The translations under genes were made by a program, and so were the position numbers. A stretch of DNA of 64,000 nucleotides from the NCBI GenBank assembly GCA_030167865.1, contig JALAGF010005825.1, forward strand, positions 1 to 64,000, given 5' to 3'. Shown here one piece after another: positions 20,796-31,400 of the stretch. This DNA is from Craspedostauros australis. Taxonomy: Eukaryota. Each line of letters opens with the position of its first letter. Position 1 is the first letter of the stretch. The notes under the pieces were generated by a model that was not told the origin of the DNA, did not search any database, and saw only the letters and a list, made by a program, of their open reading frames with translations.

Positions 20796-22646
20796 ATGGT
20801 GTCCACAACCGCGATCGCCGGCGTATTGACGGTGCTGATTGCCGCCGCGGCCGCGTACTTCTTCCTGAAGGCCAAGCAGGCGAAGAAGGCCAAGGACATC
20901 GACGATGGCGACTCCGTGTCCCCACCCGTGGAGGGGCAGAACGTGACGCTGACGGACGTGGCCTACCTAATGAACAAGCTGTCGCCCGACAGCAGCCACA
21001 TGGACGTGCTGTGGGCCATCGTGAGCTCGCCGGAGTCCATCAAGTACGGCCTCATGGCGCACAAGATGGTGGAGAAGCGCCGCGAGGATCGCGCCAAGCA
21101 GGATGCGGAGGTCAAGGAGGCCGCCAAGAAGAAGACGGACGCCGTGTCCTTCGACCTCGACGATGGCGGCTGGGACGACGACAACGACGCGGAAGAGGAG
21201 GACGAAGAGGCCAAGCGCAAGGCCAAGCTCGCGGCGGCGGCCGACGAACAGAAGAAGAAGGACATGGAGCAGCTCAACAAGGCCTCGGGCAAGTTCCAGC
21301 TCAAGCTGGAGGGCTTCGATGAGGGCGTCATCGGCCAGAAGTGGGTGGAGAAGATCCTGTCGGAGAAGGGATGCTGGCCACCCAAGGACCTGGGATTGCT
21401 CAACAACGAGGAGTACACCTACGGCGGCAAGCTCGTCGGTGCGCTCGATCATCCAGGACTCAGACGCAACATCTGCATGCTCATGGGACGTCTCAACTCT
21501 GCCATGCTCAACTCTCATCCTGATCTGCGTAAGTCCTGTCGATTGTCCATTGTCCATTCTGTTGTTGTCGTTGCTGCTGCGCTGGACAATGTTGCTCTGT
21601 TCATGTGCTTGACACTTGACATGCTCTTTACATGCTCTCTCCGTCACACGTGTTCTCATCTCACGCATCTCGTAATTTTCGGTTCTCATTCATTGGCATT
21701 TCTAATCCACGTGGATACGCGACTCCACAATGCACCACCATGCACCCCGCATCTCTCTAAATTGCATTGCATTGCACTGTTGTATTGCGCAGTCGAAGCC
21801 GGCGCAAAGCAGCTCGTCGACCAAACCTATTTCCGACGCAGCCTGGAATTCCGCAGCCGCGTTTCCACCCTGCTGGAGGCCGTGCTGCGATCCGCCGTCG
21901 CGTCGCGTTCCCACGCGCTCGCCAAAACCGTCGTCGAGACCGTCTCCATGTTCAAGGTCGGCTGCGGCCTCGACAAGACCGAATGGTTCGAAGGCATCAT
22001 GCAGAAGCAGTACCAGTGCCTGCCGCGGCTGCAAATCAAGAACACGGAGGTTGCCAACGCTGACGGAGAGAAGGAGATCATCCCCGGCGACCTCATCTCG
22101 ATATCCCTCGACCTCACCCGATTGCACGCCGAGTCCTTCACGCGCCAGAAGATCGCCATGTACCAGAAGCAGGGCATCCCGCCGCAGATCGCCCTGCAGA
22201 GCTACCGCGAGAGCTGGTGGTTCCTGGTGCGCGCCGAGCGTCTCGATGGACCCGCGCCCAAGACCGAGATGAAGATCAACACGAATGGCATCCTGCAGGC
22301 CGTCAAGGAGGAGGATCTCGCCAAGTTCAAGTCCGCCACCTTCGAGGATCAGCTCATCACGGCCTGGCCTATGGTCGTGCAGAACGTGGCGCAGAAGTCA
22401 GGACGCGTCGGCATCAACTTCCTCTCCCCCACCGATCCGGGCAAGTACAAATTCACGGTCATCGTCAAGAGCCAGGACTTTTTGGGGGCCGATCAGGAGT
22501 TCGACGTCACCGGCACCGTCATCGATGGCACAGGCATCACGCGAAAACCCAAGGAGAAGAAGGAAGCCGGGGACAAGAAGAACAAGGAGGAGGAGAAGGA
22601 GGAGAAGGATGGCAAGAAGGAAGAGCCAGCCGCCAAGAAGGAGTAG
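20796..22646 (+). CDS. Sec63-domain membrane-anchored protein, 2 exons (20796-21528, 21793-22646), ~528 aa
   Basis: N-terminal TM anchor; C-terminal ESWWFLV...PGKYKFTVIVKSQDFLGADQEF resembles the Sec63/Brr2 Ig-like (FN3) domain; intron GTAAGT(21529)...GCAG(21792) removes a stretch lacking codon bias. Confidence 0.8.
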   Translation: MVSTTAIAGVLTVLIAAAAAYFFLKAKQAKKAKDIDDGDSVSPPVEGQNVTLTDVAYLMNKLSPDSSHMDVLWAIVSSPESIKYGLMAHKMVEKRREDRAKQDAEVKEAAKKKTDAVSFDLDDGGWDDDNDAEEEDEEAKRKAKLAAAADEQKKKDMEQLNKASGKFQLKLEGFDEGVIGQKWVEKILSEKGCWPPKDLGLLNNEEYTYGGKLVGALDHPGLRRNICMLMGRLNSAMLNSHPDLRKSCRLSIVHSVVVVAAALDNVALFMCLTLDMLFTCSLRHTCSHLTHLVIFGSHSLAFLIHVDTRLHNAPPCTPHLSKLHCIALLYCAVEAGAKQLVDQTYFRRSLEFRSRVSTLLEAVLRSAVASRSHALAKTVVETVSMFKVGCGLDKTEWFEGIMQKQYQCLPRLQIKNTEVANADGEKEIIPGDLISISLDLTRLHAESFTRQKIAMYQKQGIPPQIALQSYRESWWFLVRAERLDGPAPKTEMKINTNGILQAVKEEDLAKFKSATFEDQLITAWPMVVQNVAQKSGRVGINFLSPTDPGKYKFTVIVKSQDFLGADQEFDVTGTVIDGTGITRKPKEKKEAGDKKNKEEEKEEKDGKKEEPAAKKE

Positions 22647-23229
22647 TCATGGTGATGGTAGATCATCAGGTGATTGTAGCAATCATGGAATTTGTCATGA
22701 AAGTTTCATTTCTTGCTGAGATTGTCTACGAATGAGCGAGTTGTACTACCGTGTGGAATACGATCTAAGTATATTACCATAGATCATACTCCGCTCCAAA
22801 CACTACCTGTTACAGCGCCAGTGGTGATGTGGATACTCCCACCGTGAAGCTCTTCGGACTGTGCGATGATGATCATTGGAAGCGCAAACTCCTCTCGTTC
22901 GTGCGTACTCGCACATTGATGAAACTGATTGGAATTCACGAACTGTCGGGTGTGCTTTTCCAGTCGCTGTGACAAAACAAAAGGCGCCAAAACTCCGTGA
23001 AAAGATGTGCGACCGAGAGATGTTTGTGCACAAGCGTGCGACTCACATGAAACCTCATGGGAGAAGTTTGACACGATCGCCATCCGATACAAAGAAGGAA
23101 GCAACGCAGATTCATACGCACCATACTCATGCGCGTGCGTGTAGAGTATGACTACCCACACACCATCCAGACACAAAAGAAGCAAGCAGCAGGTATTGCA
23201 TTTATGCAATACACACCAACAACCATTGG

Positions 23230-24951
23230 ATGCAATCTTCCACGATGACGATGTCGACGAACATCTCCATGAGGCGGATGCCGATGGCAACAATGACAAT
23301 GATCCTCTCTGTTGCCACCATGGCAATGATGACAATGATGGCAATGCTGATGATCAGGCCGTGCGATGCCCTCATCGACAAGTTCGACGCCACTCGACGG
23401 CCCTTCGCGACAGTGTACTGGGACCCTGCAGTTGGGAGAGTGCGGGAGGATTGGAAGGTGGAGGAGATCCCCCAGTTCGTCATCATTTCCACGGATCAAG
23501 CCCTCACCTCCCAGGCGTCCGGAAACCTTGTCAACACCACCAAGGTGCGCCAGGAGCATGTCAATGGCTGCCATCCAGACCTCCGGCAGCCACCGCTTGC
23601 GGGAGAATCCTCCGACGGGGACGGCATCGCCATCTCCAACATTGGCACGCTCGATCCCAGCGACCCCACCTCCCTCAAGGACAAGAGCGCCATCCCCATC
23701 ACCTTCTTCCTCTCCGTCTTCGCAGGCAACAGCGCAAATCCCTCTCTCAAATGTGATGTCGTGCGGTCCTTCTACCTTGGTGGCAACGAGATCGCCACAA
23801 ACACGATCCGCGGCTCTATCAGACCTCGAAACCCGCAGATCAAGGAGGCCATCGAATATCTCGTCGACGTTTGCAAGATCCCATTGGAGGCCATCCAGGG
23901 CTTCCGCGCGCCCAGCCCTTCGACCTCGCCCATTCCCCTAATGTCGAGCGACATCATGGACGCCGTCAAGATTGAAGCATCCATCCGCTACGATTCCTCC
24001 ATCGAAGAGATCGGTACAAATGAGAGGAAGAACAAGGATCCCTACTGGCCCTTCACATTGGATAACGGCGTGCCCCCGGAGTTCGAAAATTATGAGGGCG
24101 AAAGAACCCGCAGGTACCGCGGATTGTGGGAGGTGCCGGTGTACACTGTTTCCCATCCCGTCGTACCAACACCACAGCTTCCCCCTTTTCGACCGGACGT
24201 GGTCGCTACTCGCAACTTCCTCGATAACGCCCTGGAAGATCGTTTGGAGGGCAACAGGGCACCCCTCGGCGTCTACCTCGATGCTGGATACATGCAAACC
24301 AACTCCAATCTCATCATCGAGTGGATCGAATCCACCGTCCGGCAATACCCCAATCTTGTCTACTTCGTCACCTACCAGCAGCTCCTCCAGTACATGGAGG
24401 CGCCCGTTAAGCTCAGGGACTACCGTCTGCCGCAGATGTGTCGCAACGATGACATGGACGACGTCGCGACGCCCGAAGACAGGTATCCCATCTTCCCGGG
24501 ATGCATCCCGCCCTTCCCGTCTGGATGCCTCGCTGGGGTGTGGAACCATGAGACCTGCCGCTGCAATTGCAACGACGAATTGTGCCGAACCGTGGAAGGA
24601 CCCGATTTCGGTCTCTGCAACACGCGCTGCGACATGCTGCCAGGTGGCGGCGAGAAAGGGCCCGATGGTGACGAGTACGTGGATCCAGATGAAGAAGATA
24701 ACAGCATGGTCATCGATGGTGGGTGGAGCGCTTGGACGTCCTGGAGTCTCTGCTTCAAGGGAGAGCAGACGAGATTCCGCAATTGCAACAGCCCCGAGCC
24801 CCGAGGCGGCGGCAAATTCTGCGGAGGCATCGGCCAAGAGAAAAGAGAGTGCGAAGCCACGGATGGATCCGATGCTCACATAGGAGCCATGTTCTCGCCT
24901 TGGTGCATCCTCTCGATGATTTGGTCCGTATCCATGTTCCTATTGGCATAA
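23230..24951 (+). CDS. Secreted/GPI-like CE4 polysaccharide (chitin) deacetylase-like protein with C-terminal TSP1 domain (exact start Met uncertain)
   Basis: CDA-like motifs ITFFLS, GNEIA, IQGFRAP, YDSS, PYWPFTLD, GLWEVP, GNRAPLG, VYFVT..QLL.YM..P; TSP1 motif DGGWSAWTSWSLC...QTRFRNCNSPEP..GGKFC.G...E.REC; hydrophobic C-terminus. Confidence 0.85.
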   Translation: MQSSTMTMSTNISMRRMPMATMTMILSVATMAMMTMMAMLMIRPCDALIDKFDATRRPFATVYWDPAVGRVREDWKVEEIPQFVIISTDQALTSQASGNLVNTTKVRQEHVNGCHPDLRQPPLAGESSDGDGIAISNIGTLDPSDPTSLKDKSAIPITFFLSVFAGNSANPSLKCDVVRSFYLGGNEIATNTIRGSIRPRNPQIKEAIEYLVDVCKIPLEAIQGFRAPSPSTSPIPLMSSDIMDAVKIEASIRYDSSIEEIGTNERKNKDPYWPFTLDNGVPPEFENYEGERTRRYRGLWEVPVYTVSHPVVPTPQLPPFRPDVVATRNFLDNALEDRLEGNRAPLGVYLDAGYMQTNSNLIIEWIESTVRQYPNLVYFVTYQQLLQYMEAPVKLRDYRLPQMCRNDDMDDVATPEDRYPIFPGCIPPFPSGCLAGVWNHETCRCNCNDELCRTVEGPDFGLCNTRCDMLPGGGEKGPDGDEYVDPDEEDNSMVIDGGWSAWTSWSLCFKGEQTRFRNCNSPEPRGGGKFCGGIGQEKRECEATDGSDAHIGAMFSPWCILSMIWSVSMFLLA

Positions 24952-25269
24952 GCAGAGCAGCGTGCAAGTCAACCAACGCCGGGGCCTTTGCGTGCATGTC
25001 GCAGTTAACACCAACATGTGCACGATCATCGAAAGCAGTTCATGTTTTGCATAACAGTAGGTAAGAGCAACGTGCTCGTAGTGTATGTAGGTACTATACT
25101 TGAGAGTATTACATGGAGTAGAGTACTCTCCAACTATTACGCTCTCCTCTGCTGCATGCATCACGTTGTGCTTGACGGCGTCCTCAATAAGGCAGACCTG
25201 GACTCATCATAGACGCAGTGCCTTCACCTGTCCTTGTCTGCCTGTCTACCTACCCACCTACCTACCTGC

Positions 25270-27222
25270 CTACGCATTTGACCGCTTGCGCATCTGACGA
25301 CACGGGTCAAGCCGGAACAATCGATACACCAGATCCAACGGAGTCGAGAATCGGGATGCCGCAATCATCAACGGCGTCATGCCATCCTTGTCCCGAATGC
25401 CCAAGACGCCATTTCCACAGTGCGCCAACATTGGCTCGACGACATCTGCCACCTTCCCGTCGACACTTCCCGACAGAAAGAGAAGATGCAACGGCGTGCG
25501 TCGGCGTCTTCCTCCCTGCGCCTCCAAGGTCGACGGATCCAGATTCAGCAAGTAGACCATCGACTCGATGGACCATGGCATGGACTCCACGATGATGTGC
25601 AATGCAAACATGCCCCGTCGAAAGTCAAAACGTGTTGACAGCGGGCGTTGAGCTTCAAACATCCACGACAGTTTGTGCACGCGGGCCAGAAACAGCAAGG
25701 TCTCTTCCACGTTTTGCAGAGAAATTCGGTGAAGGATACATTGATGGATGCTATCGCGGACCTCCTGATCACCCTCCATGAAACAGCGATGCCAAGCGTT
25801 GATACCTTTGGCATTCTGATGACAGAGATAGGTCCCGTTCCCAAACAAAGATTCCACCAGCACTCTGGAGTGTTGGCCCAGCTTCATGTATCGCATGGGT
25901 ATCATGGCGATAGGGAGGTTACCGTAGGCGTCGAAGCAATTTACCAGATCCTGATGTTGCTGCGCGGCATGGATGGCACCATAAATCTCGGTGCAGTTGC
26001 GCAGCTTGTAGTGAAGCTTGTGGTCAGGATTGCATTTGAACGCGGGGGTGTATATGCGCGAGTTGATGGTGTTGTGAGTGTAGCCCATGTAGCTGGGACC
26101 GTAGATGTCATCGTCGCTATCTCCATCAGAATCATCCGCAGGGTTGGGGCTGGGGTGGCGAGGTTTGCGCTGGCCATCATGCTCGTGCTTCTTCTCGTCC
26201 TCTATTGCAACCTTGAGACCGTCATCATGGTTCTCATCCCAATCGTCGATCGCAAGCGGTGTCGTGGGACTCTCGGCCGGCTCATCCTTCTTCTCTTTCT
26301 CCGTGGTGACATCCGTCTGGCTGTTCAACGACACGTCTGAGTATTGGTACTCGCTTCCATCGTCATCGTCATCGTCCAGCATGTCGTAGATATTCTTGGT
26401 GCGATTTGAACGCAGGTTGGCCTTGGATTGGCGGTCTTCGAAATGGTTCGGAGTCTGGAAGGACTCGGCATAATTGCCGCTCTTCTTCATCTTCTTGGGC
26501 TGGATCCAACCGTGGGACCTCGGCGGCGGATCTATCTTTGGATCCCAAAGATCACCGCCGATGGTGATGCGATCGAACTGATCGGCCAGTTCCACGAACT
26601 CTTCGTTCTTGTTGGAGGCGTCGCTGTCGTAGTACTCATCCGGAAGGGCCCGGGTGTTACGACCGCGTGAGGATGTCCTTCCGTACGGATCATGATTGTC
26701 CCAGAAGGAATCGCGAGTAATACCTGGTGGTCTGGAGATTCTCTCTGAAACTACGCGCTTGAAATTATCTTCAAAGGCAGCCGCAAGGGCGTATGGTCGG
26801 TAGTGTGTGTGGAAATTTGTTTCGCCGTGCTCGAAGATACAGCAGAAGCACAGCGTTGTGCGAGTATGACAACAAAAAGATCGTGGTGAGCGGAACCAGA
26901 ACTCCATCTCTGCGCCGCCGGATGTGTGCAAGACACACAGCAAACAAACAAACACAACGCTGTTCGTACCTTGCCAACGTTGTTCGTACCCAAACTGATA
27001 CTTCTTCTTTTCCACTTTGTACCCAACCTTGGGTGCAACTGGCACTTGCGTGCTGCTGGTGTAGGTGGTGTTGCCCCATTGGGGCCAGAAGCTATAGTTA
27101 TGCGTGTACCTTGTCTCGTAGTTCGCCTCCGGTTTGCGTTCTCCATACGGGACGAAATCGTAGTAGGAGTAGGTGTGCTGCCGCTGTGGGTAGCGCGCGT
27201 GGTGGTTGTGGTAACGCATCAT
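25270..27222 (-). CDS. Hypothetical protein with C-terminal ankyrin-like repeats, 2 exons (27222-26970, 26744-25270), ~575 aa
   Basis: DAYGNLP, RRGMFALH, RRTPLHLL and DKDGMTPLMIA ankyrin-like motifs; intron GTACGA...TTTCAG keeps the frame. Confidence 0.7.
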   Translation of the reverse strand: MMRYHNHHARYPQRQHTYSYYDFVPYGERKPEANYETRYTHNYSFWPQWGNTTYTSSTQVPVAPKVGYKVEKKKYQFGYEQRWQGTNSVVFVCLLCVLHTSGGAEMEFWFRSPRSFCCHTRTTLCFCCIFEHGETNFHTHYRPYALAAAFEDNFKRVVSERISRPPGITRDSFWDNHDPYGRTSSRGRNTRALPDEYYDSDASNKNEEFVELADQFDRITIGGDLWDPKIDPPPRSHGWIQPKKMKKSGNYAESFQTPNHFEDRQSKANLRSNRTKNIYDMLDDDDDDGSEYQYSDVSLNSQTDVTTEKEKKDEPAESPTTPLAIDDWDENHDDGLKVAIEDEKKHEHDGQRKPRHPSPNPADDSDGDSDDDIYGPSYMGYTHNTINSRIYTPAFKCNPDHKLHYKLRNCTEIYGAIHAAQQHQDLVNCFDAYGNLPIAMIPMRYMKLGQHSRVLVESLFGNGTYLCHQNAKGINAWHRCFMEGDQEVRDSIHQCILHRISLQNVEETLLFLARVHKLSWMFEAQRPLSTRFDFRRGMFALHIIVESMPWSIESMVYLLNLDPSTLEAQGGRRRRTPLHLLFLSGSVDGKVADVVEPMLAHCGNGVLGIRDKDGMTPLMIAASRFSTPLDLVYRLFRLDPCRQMRKRSNA

Positions 27223-28483
27223 GATGGACGTCAGGATCTGGAAGATGGTACTCTTGAACTGCAGATGGAGCTTGTTGCGCTGAATGCCAAGGGCAGCACA
27301 GATGGTACTACGGAAGCTTGACCTGGTCCTGTAGAGAAAGCAGGCCGAGAAAAGGATTGTGATTGCGGCGCGAATCGTGTGGCGGTTGGTGGCGAGGATA
27401 GTGGTGATACCGAGCAGTTGACTACGATGAGCGATTGATATCATTCCATACGCAATGATGATGGTTGCAGTTTTATGGTGGTGTTGTGTTGGTCAGATTG
27501 ATTGATTGATTCATTCATTGTCTGGTTTGGAGAGCAACGCTTACCACTCGAGGATCACCACAAATGCGCTCTGATTGTACGATATCGTGAAGCTGCCATG
27601 CCACAATCACCACCACCACCAGCAGTGCCAATGCACCCACACATCGGCAACGTGTTGATTCCGCACGCCCATCCAAAGCCCGAGCGAACGAGACGGAGAG
27701 ATCACGCAAGCCTGGAGACAAGCGGTTGGGTCGTGTGGCACTCGATACAGGTTTTCGAGAAAACATCGGTTTGGTTGTGCATCGCGTCATGGTTGTGTTT
27801 CCATCGAAAAAAGCGAGTGACCACGATGACTTCGGATGGCGCGTTATTAACGTCTGAATAACGACAAAGAAGAACCGCGCAATTTGGGTTTGGAATGAAG
27901 TTCTGGGAATTCGAATGAGTCGACCGTATCTAGCGGGAGAAGCTGTAGCGTAAAATGGTGTACTCGCGCAAACACAACAAAGACTTGGTACAAGAACACG
28001 CAGAAATAGTGTTGGCAACGACACGAGAACAGCGGGGGAGAAGAACGAAGAGGCACTTCGAGAAACGCGCGCATTTCGTGAGGTTTGTTGGAGCCAAAAC
28101 AAGAGAGCAACCAAGAAAGCAAGAGATCAGCCGCACGATAGGTATTCTATAATAGATAGACATATAGCACTACAGGAGCTCGAGTTGGCACAGGTATACA
28201 CGTAGAGTACCATATTACTATATACAAGCAGACGGGAGCTCCGCAGCGCGTTGAACTGGATGGTTTGCGATTGGCTGGGTCTATCTTGACGAGGACGACT
28301 ACGGCAGTAGCAGTAGCAGTAGCAGTATCGAAGACGAAGACGCTGCGAACGCAACAGCGCGTCCAAAGAGGAGAAGGCAGCAGCGACCAAGACAGAGGAC
28401 TCCAGCACCTATTATAGAATAGAAGCCAAGCACATCAACAGGCCATTGATCCATCGATCTGCTTGGAACGGCCGCACGCGACG

Positions 28484-31400
28484 ATGCCGCCAAGACGAAC
28501 ATCCAACTCCGCAGCCCATGGGGTATCGACAAGTTCGCTGGATCAGCAGGAAGCAAAATCTGCCCTCGACGAGCATGACGCCAGCAAGCACGATGACGGC
28601 AATCACGACGCGCAACCAGAGGATGTGAGAGGAAGCGCCCCTCCTCTCAGAGCAACGCGAGCTTCGCCACGGCGATGGTTGCCCTCGCGATCTGGACGAA
28701 GGAAGTCAACGGCGTCGCCGGAGCCATCGCGCGAAGAATCTGGAACGCAATCATCTCACGACGACCCTCGTCCACCTAGAAGCAAAGGCCGAGGAAGCGG
28801 CTCGTCCCAAAGAAACAGCAGACATGCTGGTAGACACCGCGACTCCAAAGCGCTATCCAAATCGCGCAGGTCCAAAGCGTTCAAGAAGGAGAATCACCAG
28901 ATGGACCTGTTGGCGACGTTGGGTGGAAATGATGATCGGTATTACTTTGACGGCGCATACCACAACGGCGAATACCACAATGATGAACATGATGAAGACG
29001 ACCATCACGACCAGGAACAAGACGACGATGAACATCATCGCCAACATCACAGCGACCACTGTGAACGACCGCACAAGCGACGAAGACACAGCAACGGTGG
29101 ACACAAATCGCAACCACACGGACCTCCTGCCAGTCTGCCCAATCGCAATGCGGCGGATAGTCGTGTGCCCATCATTCCATCGCTGCCACCGAGTGGGAAG
29201 GGGCTACGTGATCCGCTGCAGCATCTCAACAACCGTCCGCCAGCACGGCACGGAAGGCCACGTTCGCAATCCAGACATAGCAACGCCGCTGGCGCTGTGA
29301 GCAAGCAATCGTGGCCATCGGAACCCGTGGATACAGTGGACCTGACGGGATCGAAGGATGATGATGATGATCATGTCGGTGACCGAGACCTCGAACATGA
29401 CAACCAAAATGGGCATGGTAACGGCAATCCAGACACACCCAAGCCCAGCACGCGCGGAGGATCTGACGAAGCGGCTCAGGCAGAGGAATCTCAGCAGCAA
29501 GCGCCCACGGCAACAACCCAGGCGGACAATGGTGTCGGCGTAGATCGATCATCTCGCCTTTCGTCTCCAGAATCTCAAGCTCCTTTGCCAGGCAGTGCAT
29601 CCGGCAGTCACCACGATTCCGACGATCAACAGGGCCAAGCGGCTGGCCATCCGAACGTCGAGGGAAATCACGAAGCGTCAAGCGACAAATCAAAGGAAGA
29701 CAACCGAGCTTTTTCTTTGGTCCAAGAGTTTGTGGAGGTCAATAGCACACCCTCCAACGTCGACACCGAATCAGCAGTGAGCGTATCCAAGGCACAGCAA
29801 GAGCAGCAAAAGGAGCCCACTGTCCAATCGCCCGAGACTCCGCCAAGTCGGCATGAAGACGCAGCATTTCCGACACCATCCAAGTCGTCCAAGCAACCGG
29901 CTGGTTCATTCAAAAGGAAGACCGCCCCAGCCTCACCACAACGCCGATCACCGAGATTAAGGCATCTCAGCGCAGCCCGTCCGACTATCGATCAGTACAC
30001 GTCCAGAATAGCCAAGAATCTCGCGGACTTCTTGAAAGCACCGCTGCCCAAGAAGAAACTCAAGAAGCATCCACACTTCGCATCCGTGCCAAAGACCAAA
30101 GCTTCCAGGCAGCCAGATGATCTCGCTGCGGACGATCGTATGCAGAAGCCATTCCAAGCCCCGCAAACGTTGGATAGAAGCGTCTTCGCAGGCATGAAGA
30201 CAACAGCTTCATCCAAGACGACAATCAGCAACGGCCGGCCCAAACAAAGCAAGGACATGGTATCGCCACCCGCCAAAGCGGATATGCAACCGGAACTTCA
30301 CAACGCACCTGGTGATGAATCAAAACAGTCCAAAGACAAAGATGCAGATTCTCCAGTCATCGATCTGTGTGACGACGATGGTGACGACGACAACAAGGAT
30401 CACAGCGGCAAGGACAGCAATGATGGAAAAGTCGAGACTGGGAGTAACAGCCGAAGCGCGCACGCACAGCAATTGGCAAAGGAGCCACCAAAGGAGGCAC
30501 CCGAAACACATAGAACACCTCGCTCCAAGAATGACGCCTCTTTGAACTCCAACGCAAATAACTCCAGTGCTGCCAGCAAGGGCAAGCAGAACACCAACCC
30601 GAATGGAAGCGGTAGGAATAGCACTGGCGATGTGCAATCGGTTGGATCCGTTGACACCCAGCCTTCGTCTCCTGCGCATTCGATCGATGCTCCGCTGAAA
30701 ATGAAGTCCCAACAGAGTCGTGCACCAACACTGCCGGTGATTAAAGTGGCGGATCAACCAAAGCCACCCAGCGATAAGCCATCCTCTCAAAACAGAGTTG
30801 ATATCGCAGAGAAAATGCCGCCAAAAAACGCAGCAGATGGAGCGGGCATGAAGACGCCGAGCAAACTTGACTCGGGTAACACGTCGTCGCAATGTGGAGC
30901 ATTTGATTATGGCGAGGACTCCGACGAAGCAAGCGCGGGCAATGCGTCTCCAAAATCTATGGCCGATACTCATAAAAGATTGACTGACGAACACCCAGTT
31001 CCAGCTGCCGCCGCAAAACCAAAAGCGAAGCTTCGCATATCCAAATCTGGGAATCCAGACAAGAAATCGAAACCCCGAAATCCAATCAAAGATCAGTACT
31101 TGGTGGACAGAGCCTTTGATATGAACAGCAACAGCCACACCGTGACACTTGTGAATCAGATGGCAGACGAAGTGGATTCGAAACCTTCTGATGGTGGTAA
31201 TGCGCAACCACCAAAAACAGATCAGGCCAAACCCGTGGCACCCGACACCACGCATAAACCCGTCCAGCCCGCCGAGAACAGTGCCAAAGGTGCGGGAGAT
31301 GGCTCAGATCTGCTGCGCAGGTATGCTGAGAACGCAATGGCGCCGGTGGGCTCACGAGCCAGAAGCATGCCGGGTCTACCGGTTAGAGGCACGCTGAGGA

